NCBI GenBank assembly: GCA_951406725.2
Contig: OX597826.1
Span: 46,996,001 to 47,060,000 of the forward strand
Reading direction: 5' to 3'
Source: Octopus vulgaris
Taxonomy: Eukaryota
DNA: 64,000 nt
Both the position numbers and the translations under genes were made by a program. This document shows positions 57,050-64,000 of this stretch, one piece after another (position 1 is the first letter of the stretch; each line of letters opens with the position of its first letter). The notes below the pieces were generated by a model that saw only the letters and a list, made by a program, of their open reading frames with translations, was not told where the DNA came from and searched no databases.

Positions 57050-57456
57050 TGTGCGTATGAGTGTGAGTGTGTGTGTGTGTGCATATGCATATACATATGT
57101 GCGTATGTCTATGTATATATGTATTTATACACGTTTTTATGGATACGTTTATATACCTATATTTATCTGTATACATATATACACGCATGTATGAGTGTAT
57201 ATGTTTAACAGAGATATGAGTAATCAATGTATGTGGTAGCGCTGTAGTTCCCTAACCGCGGCTTTCATTCCCCATGCACCCCTTTAATTCAATGGGTTCG
57301 GCCGACGTTTTCAATTGCTGAATAATATTCTTGCACAGAGATTGCAGAGTCAGGAATTGTCGAGTCAGAGATTGCAGATTCGGGTATTTCATAATATTAA
57401 AAACAAGCGGGGAAGGTACATCATGTTTGTAGGTTCATCATGTTATCTTAGATCAA

Positions 57457-57829
57457 CTGCGCGGCACCTTGGGTAAGTGTCTACTATATCTACTATAGCC
57501 TCGGGCCGACTAAAGCCTTGTGAGCGGATTTGGTAGACAGAAACTGGAAGAAACCCGTCATATATATATATGTATTTCTTTACTACCCACAACGGGCTAA
57601 ACACAGAGAGGACAAACAAGGACAGACAAACGGATTAAGTCGATTACATCGACCCCAGTGCGTAACTGGTACTTAATTTATCGACCCCAAAAGGATGAAA
57701 GGCGAAGTTGACCTCGGCGGAATTTGAACTCAGAACGTAAAGACAGACGAAATACCGCTAAGCACTTCGCCCGGCGTGCTAACGTTTCTGCCAGCTCGCC
57801 GCCTTTGGCATATATATATATATGTGTGT

Positions 57830-57918
<89 letters not shown>

Positions 57919-58135
57919 TGTATTTGTTCCCCGTCATCGCTTGACAATTGACGCTGGTGTGTTCGTATCCCCGTAACTTAACGGTTCGGAAAAAAGGAAC
58001 CGATAGAATACTAAGTACTGCATTTGTAAAAAATAAGTCCTGGGGTCGATTTCTTCGACCACCACCATCTAAAGTGATGATCCAGCATGGCGGCAGTCAA
58101 ATGATTGAAACAAGTAAAAGAATAAAAGAATGAAG
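57457..58135 (+). mobile_element. Family B SINE carrying a nested family A SINE
   Basis: The B consensus is interrupted in its internal (TA)n and resumes after (GT)n at ~57915. Confidence 0.92.
57573..57805 (-). mobile_element. Full-length family A SINE (A1) nested in family B
   Basis: Near-consensus A1 copy. Confidence 0.95.
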
Positions 58136-58316
58136 GAATTAATAGATTGGTATCTGTTTCAGTGTATGAAGCCATTTTAAAATAATTTCAATAGATTAAT
58201 TATACAACAATTGTCAATATCCTGTCAATGAGCACAAGTCATTGTGTTGGGGTAATGGAATCAGCTAATCCCCACCATTTTATATTACCGGTCTCCCGTA
58301 TAAATCAGAAGCCATT

Positions 58317-58645
58317 CTGTTACTTGTTTCTCTCATCGGAATTCGGCCATGTTCGGGCACCCTCTTAAAGTGATTTTAATCGCAGAAATCGACCCCAGAC
58401 TTATTCTCTGTAAGCCTAGTACTTATTCTATCGGTGTCATTTGACGAACTGCTAGCTTACCGGGGCGTAAACACACCAGCATATATACGACTGGCTTATT
58501 TCAGTTTCCGTCTACCAAATCCACTCACAAGGCTTTGGTCGACCCGTGGCTATAGAAGAAGACTCTTGCCCAAGGTGCCACGCAGTGGGACTGAACTTGG
58601 AACCATGTGGTTGGGAAGCTAATGTCTTCCCACAGTCACGTCTGT
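58317..58645 (-). mobile_element. Family B SINE, short variant lacking the internal microsatellite
   Basis: Minus strand ..AAGCCAGTCGTATATATGCTGGTGTGTTTAC.. joins the two halves directly; the same variant occurs at 56955-56988. Confidence 0.9.
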
Positions 58646-58679
58646 GCTATTGTGATATGTGTTATTCAGTTTAGATGAA

Positions 58680-59920
58680 ATGTGACCCTCCTTAAAAATG
58701 GCTCATCTCATGGACCTTTTCATATTAAACTGTCGGGGGATCACTTCGTTTAATTCACCTGTTTGGCAAAATCTCATCAATACAAGCCTTTACGTTACTA
58801 AGGTTGTGCGGGTATCCATCTTGCTGGAAATAGAACGTCGTTTTGAAAATCTCATTGAAAGCTTAGCATGATAGATTCTCATTTCAAGTAAATGGTATCG
58901 TCAAAAGTGAATGGTTCAGTTATTCCTTTTGGTGATAATTTGCGCTATACAGTAACTTCTAGTAAATTAACATGATGTTCCTCCTCAACGTGTGGATTCT
59001 CAGGCCCCAGTAGGGGCAGTTGCGACAAATATTTGTGTCATTTATTTTCAATATAGCTTAATCACTCCAAACAAGCTTTGATGAAGTGTGCATCTTCTGT
59101 ACCGCTTGCCCAGTACCACCGCTTACAAACTCCACTTTTCGGTCTGAATCATGTTCCTTGAAAGCATAGCCAATTCTTATTTCTTATTTCTTTATTGCCC
59201 ACAAGGGGCTAAACATAGATGGGACAAACAAGGACAGACAAAAGGATTAAGTCGATTACATCGACCCCAGTGCGTAACTGGTACTTAATTTATCGACCCC
59301 GAAAGGATGAAAGGCAAAGTCGACCTCGGCGAAATTTGAACTCAGAACGTAACAGCAGACGAAATACCTATTTCTTTACTACCCACAAGGGGCTAAACAC
59401 AGAGAGGACAAACAAGGACAGACAAACGGATGAAGTCGATTATATCGACCCCAGTGCGTAACTGGTACTTAATTTATCGACCCCGAAAGGATGAAAGGCG
59501 AAGTCGACCTCAGCAGAATTTGAACTCAGGACCTAGCGGCAGACGAAATACGGCTACGCATTTCGCCCGGCGTGCTAACGATTCTGCCAGCTCGCCACCT
59601 TTTCTTGGAATGTAACATTTCCAATAAGAATGCATCAAAATGCTATGAAAACTGGATTTTCTTCTTCATTTCTCGCGACTCATTCGCACACATTTTCAAG
59701 AACTCTACCGATAATTTCTTGTAATCGTTCTTCTTTTGTGGGGCTCGGCGCCGATATACATTCTTCTGGATCATATCATTAGTGATGGTCAGTAGCGTAA
59801 TCTGTTTGAAACCTCTTCATAAGCTGACTTTGCACTTCGGACTTAGCTTTCAGATTTCCAGTGGCACTTTAGGACAATTTAATTTGTCCAAAGCTGGTTC
59901 CCTTCGTTATTTCTAACAGG
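58680..59920 (-). mobile_element. Decayed Tc1/mariner-superfamily transposase (rosa/DD41D-like), split by a SINE dimer
   Basis: Minus-strand peptides WKCYIPR|IGYAFKEHDSDRKVEF, LVWSD*AILKIN..RNCPYW-PENPHVEEEHHVNL..VTV and FYFQQDGYPH..VKACIDEILPNR. The third catalytic Asp is not readable, so the family label is inferred from motifs. Confidence 0.8.
59176..59600 (-). mobile_element. Family A SINE homodimer (full A1 plus head-less A1)
   Basis: Junction AAAGAAATA|GGTATTTCGTCTG at 59369/59368. Confidence 0.95.
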
Positions 59921-60092
59921 TTGCCTCTAAAAAGAAATGAAAATTACGAGAGTATACATACATACATATATGTACACACATATATATATATATCCATTTA
60001 TGTATGCATGTTTTGTATGTACACATATAACTAAAAGTATGTATGCGCGCGTATACACACTTGCAGACGCACGCACGCATACACACACACAC

Positions 60093-60142
<50 letters not shown>

Positions 60143-61439
60143 GCACTCACGCACACAAATACACACAAACACACGCACATTCTCAATATTACTAATGTGC
60201 TTTGTAAAAGGACATAGACAGTCCTTTGCAAATCAAAAATGAAATCTGTTTCAATAGAAATTTCTAGACACAAACAAGCAAACAAACAAACAACCAAACA
60301 TACAAATAAAATAAAATAAAATAAAATACGTGCCGAAACGTATTAGTCATCTTATTGTCTGCAAAGAAAAACGTTGCTAGTATGTCCCAAACAACCCAAT
60401 AGCTCCTCTGCTGGACAGTGCCGAAGAATGAGAGCCAGTCACACTTCTATGAGAGGACATCACAAATATTGCTAACAGATCGCGTACTTTTTTTGTTTTG
60501 TCAAGTGAATTATCAGTACGATGACTGTCTACTCCCAGGTAGAAATACCCGAAGGAGAATAATGCTAGACAATGCCGTAGCTATGACAACGCTGGAGAAT
60601 CTATAATGTGACTATTCTCAGCTTCATCCAAAGAACTGCTGTTATTTTCACTTCAATGCCAATCATTCTTTTTTTTTTTTCTTCTTTCTTCTTTATTCTT
60701 TGTATTTTTCGTTTTTGTTTTTGTTTTTGCTTGCGTTTCGTTTGGTCCAATCCCTTTCTCTTTCGTGCTTTGTCCGTGCCATTCTCTCTGATGAATATGT
60801 GTCTATATCTACACCTATCTGCATACCTGTGTGTGTGTGTGTGTGTGTGCGTGTGTGTGTGTGTGTTTGTGTTTGTGTGTGTGCGTGTGTCAGATTGGCA
60901 TACTTGCGTGCATCTTATTTATATCAATATTTGTATGCACACTTGCTCACAAGCACTCACATGCACACGTGTTCATATATAAATATATATATATATACAT
61001 ACACACACATATATATATATATATACATGTATGTATGTACATATATATATTTATGTATAATATACACCTGTATATATATGTGTGTATATACATATATGTA
61101 TGTATATATACATACATATACATCCTTATATAGAGATATAGTTATGCATATATAGATATATATGAATATATGCCTTATATATATGTGTGTGTGTGTGTGT
61201 TTACATATGTGAGAGTATAGTTAGGTGAGTGCGTATATATGTTGTACTGTGTATGTTATGAGAGAAAAAATATCTAGACTAATGGACAAGAGATTTAAAT
61301 TAATAGATTATAAAATGAACTTATTAATTTAATGGATGTCACTACTCCACCCACTACTATCAAAATCAGTATCCCACCACCACTACCACCACCACCACCA
61401 CCACCACCACCATCGCCACACCCACCATTCATCATTAAA

Positions 61440-61620
61440 TAAGTGTTTAACATCAATGCCGAGAGCGAATGACATTTGATAATATGCTGTCCTAGATACA
61501 CCATGCATTAAGAGTAAATAAAGAGGTGATGGTCATGGTTAGAATCTCGTAGATCATAGGTCTTCTCGATCATGTGGCAAAGCAACACCAGCACTAAAAC
61601 AAATCACAGCCATCTTAGAT
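61440..61620 (+). mobile_element. Old family D tail
   Basis: GTCCTAGATACAC..GATGGTCATGGTTAGAAT..GATCATAGGTCT..CTAAAACAA is a reverse-complement match to 15940-16050. Confidence 0.5.
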
Positions 61621-61647
61621 CAGTGAACGTTTGTAACGTAATAGTAT

Positions 61648-61810
61648 AATCCTTTCTACTATAAGACAATACCTGATATTTTATAGAGTACGGAGATTTC
61701 AATTACGTCTATCCCAGGACTCGACTGGTAGTTATTTCATCGAATCCGAAAGGATGACAGGCAAAATCAACCTCAGCTGAATTTGAACACAGAACGTAAA
61801 AAACAGAAGA
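61648..61810 (-). mobile_element. Degenerate family A SINE (A2)
   Basis: CCTTTCTACTATAAGACAA..ACTGGTAGTTATTTCATCGAATCCGAAAGGATGACAGGCAAAATCAACCTC..TTTGAAC. Confidence 0.8.
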
Positions 61811-62589
61811 TTTATTATCTTTTAAACGGAAACATTGAAAGATATGATCTCAGATATACAAACGGACGAGATCGTCATCTCTGGAATGTATTTTCACAAG
61901 GGTTCGCTGGATAAATGTTGCCCTTGATATTGTTTACGTGGTTGTTAATATCGATCTTACAGCTCATTGTATTGGTTCCTAAGACCTCTTTGGATCTCTT
62001 CTGACTGTGTTACAATAGGGATAAATAATGAAAACAAAAGTAAAAGAAACAAGTGGACGTGAACGCGTAAAATTCTTTCATCAGCCGTCAACCAAATAAC
62101 ATTGCGTTTTCGACACTTTTTTTACGAATCCCTCCATCTGTCTGTGCCATGAGTATTGAAACCGCTAGAAACGAAAATAACAAAACAAAATAATAACAAG
62201 AAAGTGTGAGATTACATGAAAATTACAGATGTAGACGGTAGAAGAAAATTGTTTGAAAACCGGGTAATATAGACTGATTCTCAAGTCTAACAAAAGTGAA
62301 CAAAACATGGGTGTGCAAAAAGTAACGGTACTGTGGGGCTTTGTTTATGAATCTTCATGAATAAGACAGGCTTGGAGCTAAACAACAACAACGGTAATAG
62401 CAGTGTACCACTATGTGGTCGCTCTATCAACTAAAAGTAATACCCATATCTTAATCAAAATAGATCATTTTCACTTAGGGCGTATTTTGGGTGTAATTAG
62501 GGAGTCGTTAGATAATATAGTCCTCAATTCATTTTACCCTCACTACCACAAAAAAAAAACCCCACGAAGGTTATAACTGGAACTGCTCC

Positions 62590-63540
62590 GCCGCTACCAT
62601 CATCATTATTATCGCGATCACTTATACTACTACCCCAACTAACACCTTGAACACTTATCACACTTTTATCTACATCATTATGTCTACCACCAACATCCCT
62701 TCACTGTTACTGAAATTATTATCTATACAACTACCATTACAAACAATACATCCACTACTAATACTATTGCAATCTACTACCGGCATTACCAACACCATAA
62801 CCACCAATAATCACCACCACTGCCACCACTACCACCAACTATACCAATACCATCTCCAGCATGACTATCACCACTACTATTCCTGTCACCACTTCTTACT
62901 TCCTCCACCACCATCACCATCAATATCATCTATAACGGCCTCACCATTACTGTTATCATTATCACCAGCAGCAGTACCACCACGGCCACCAGTTTAAATA
63001 TCCTTTCTCCTGTAGGCACAAGGCCTGAAATTTTGGGCTGATAAGCGAGCTAATCGGTTTCATCGACTCCAGAACTCAAATGGTACGTATTTTATCGACC
63101 CCAAAAGGATTAAAGGCAAAGTCGACCTCGACTGCATTTGAACTCAGAACGTTAAGACGGACAAAATGCAGCTAAGCATTTTGCCGAGCGTGCTAACGAT
63201 CCGGCCAGCACGCCGCCTTATCACCGCTATTAATATCATTATCACCCCTACCACTAAAACCACCGCCATTGCTATTAGTATACTCAGCAACACGATCACC
63301 ACCGCCATCACTATCACCACCAATACCAGTAGCCTCGCCAATACCACCAACACAAGCATCAGAGTAGTTAGTTTCCCCACCAACACAACCACCGCTACCA
63401 CCACCACCACTACCACCAACATAATCATCACCACTACTACAGCCATCACCATCATCATTACCACAGCCATTATCACCACTGCCACCCCTAACAGAAGTAT
63501 CAACAAGAATATAACGACAATACAACTACCAAGAACACAA
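62590..63540. repeat. Degenerate (ACC/ATC/ACT)n low-complexity region
   Basis: Direct reading; source of the Thr/His-rich ORFs. Confidence 0.85.
62997..63219 (-). mobile_element. Full-length family A SINE (A2) inside the trinucleotide tract
   Basis: TCCTTTCTCCTGTAGGCACAAGGCCTGAAATTTTGGG..GCCAGCACGCCGCCTT. Confidence 0.92.
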
Positions 63541-63839
63541 TACTATTTCCATAGCCCAAACCAAACAAAATTCGACCACACACACACACACATACACAGA
63601 TGTATGCACCCACGAACGCATACGCGTACGCACACGCAAGCACACGACACCAGCGCCAAAAAAAAAAAACCCCCCCCAAAAAAAACGACGATTCAACTTA
63701 AACTAAAAACTTCTGTTTGGTTTTTCCATCGTAGCATGACTAGGAACGACAATGAGATTGTCTACTGTAACAATGTTGAACAAACACCGCACCACATCGC
63801 TCTACTCCGCGCTACGCCATGCAGCAAACTACACAGCCG

Positions 63840-63840
<1 letters not shown>

Positions 63841-63896
<56 letters not shown>

Positions 63897-63938
63897 ACAT
63901 CATCATCATCGCCATCGCCATCATCATCATCATCATCA
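63841..63938. repeat. (CAT)n microsatellite
   Basis: Direct reading. Confidence 0.95.
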
Positions 63939-64000
63939 CACTGCCGCCTCTCTTATGAACACACGCAGGCGACATTAGTAGCGCCATCTAGTGTCAAATT

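Overview
AT-rich, extremely microsatellite-dense eukaryotic DNA with no convincing host protein-coding exon, so it reads as a large intron or gene desert. Almost all ORFs in the supplied track are translations of simple repeats. The repeat content resembles octopus (coleoid cephalopod) DNA; this is an inference. It consists of several tRNA-headed SINE families (labelled A-D here), many with clear target-site duplications (TSDs), dimers and nested insertions; decayed Tc1/mariner transposons (a DD34D mariner at 1-1037, an internally deleted mariner sitting inside an RTE-type LINE, and a rosa/DD41D-like relic); foldback and TIR MITEs; and tRNA-derived pseudogenes. The most interesting signal is four hammerhead-ribozyme-like motifs in Penelope-type fragments. 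They share the core CUGANGA...GAAA-CAGCUG-UA (intact in two, mutated in two) but have stem-II regions of 25, 48, 62 and 97 nt, and two of them form the arms of a ~375-bp palindrome. All alignments and coordinates were made by eye and are approximate.
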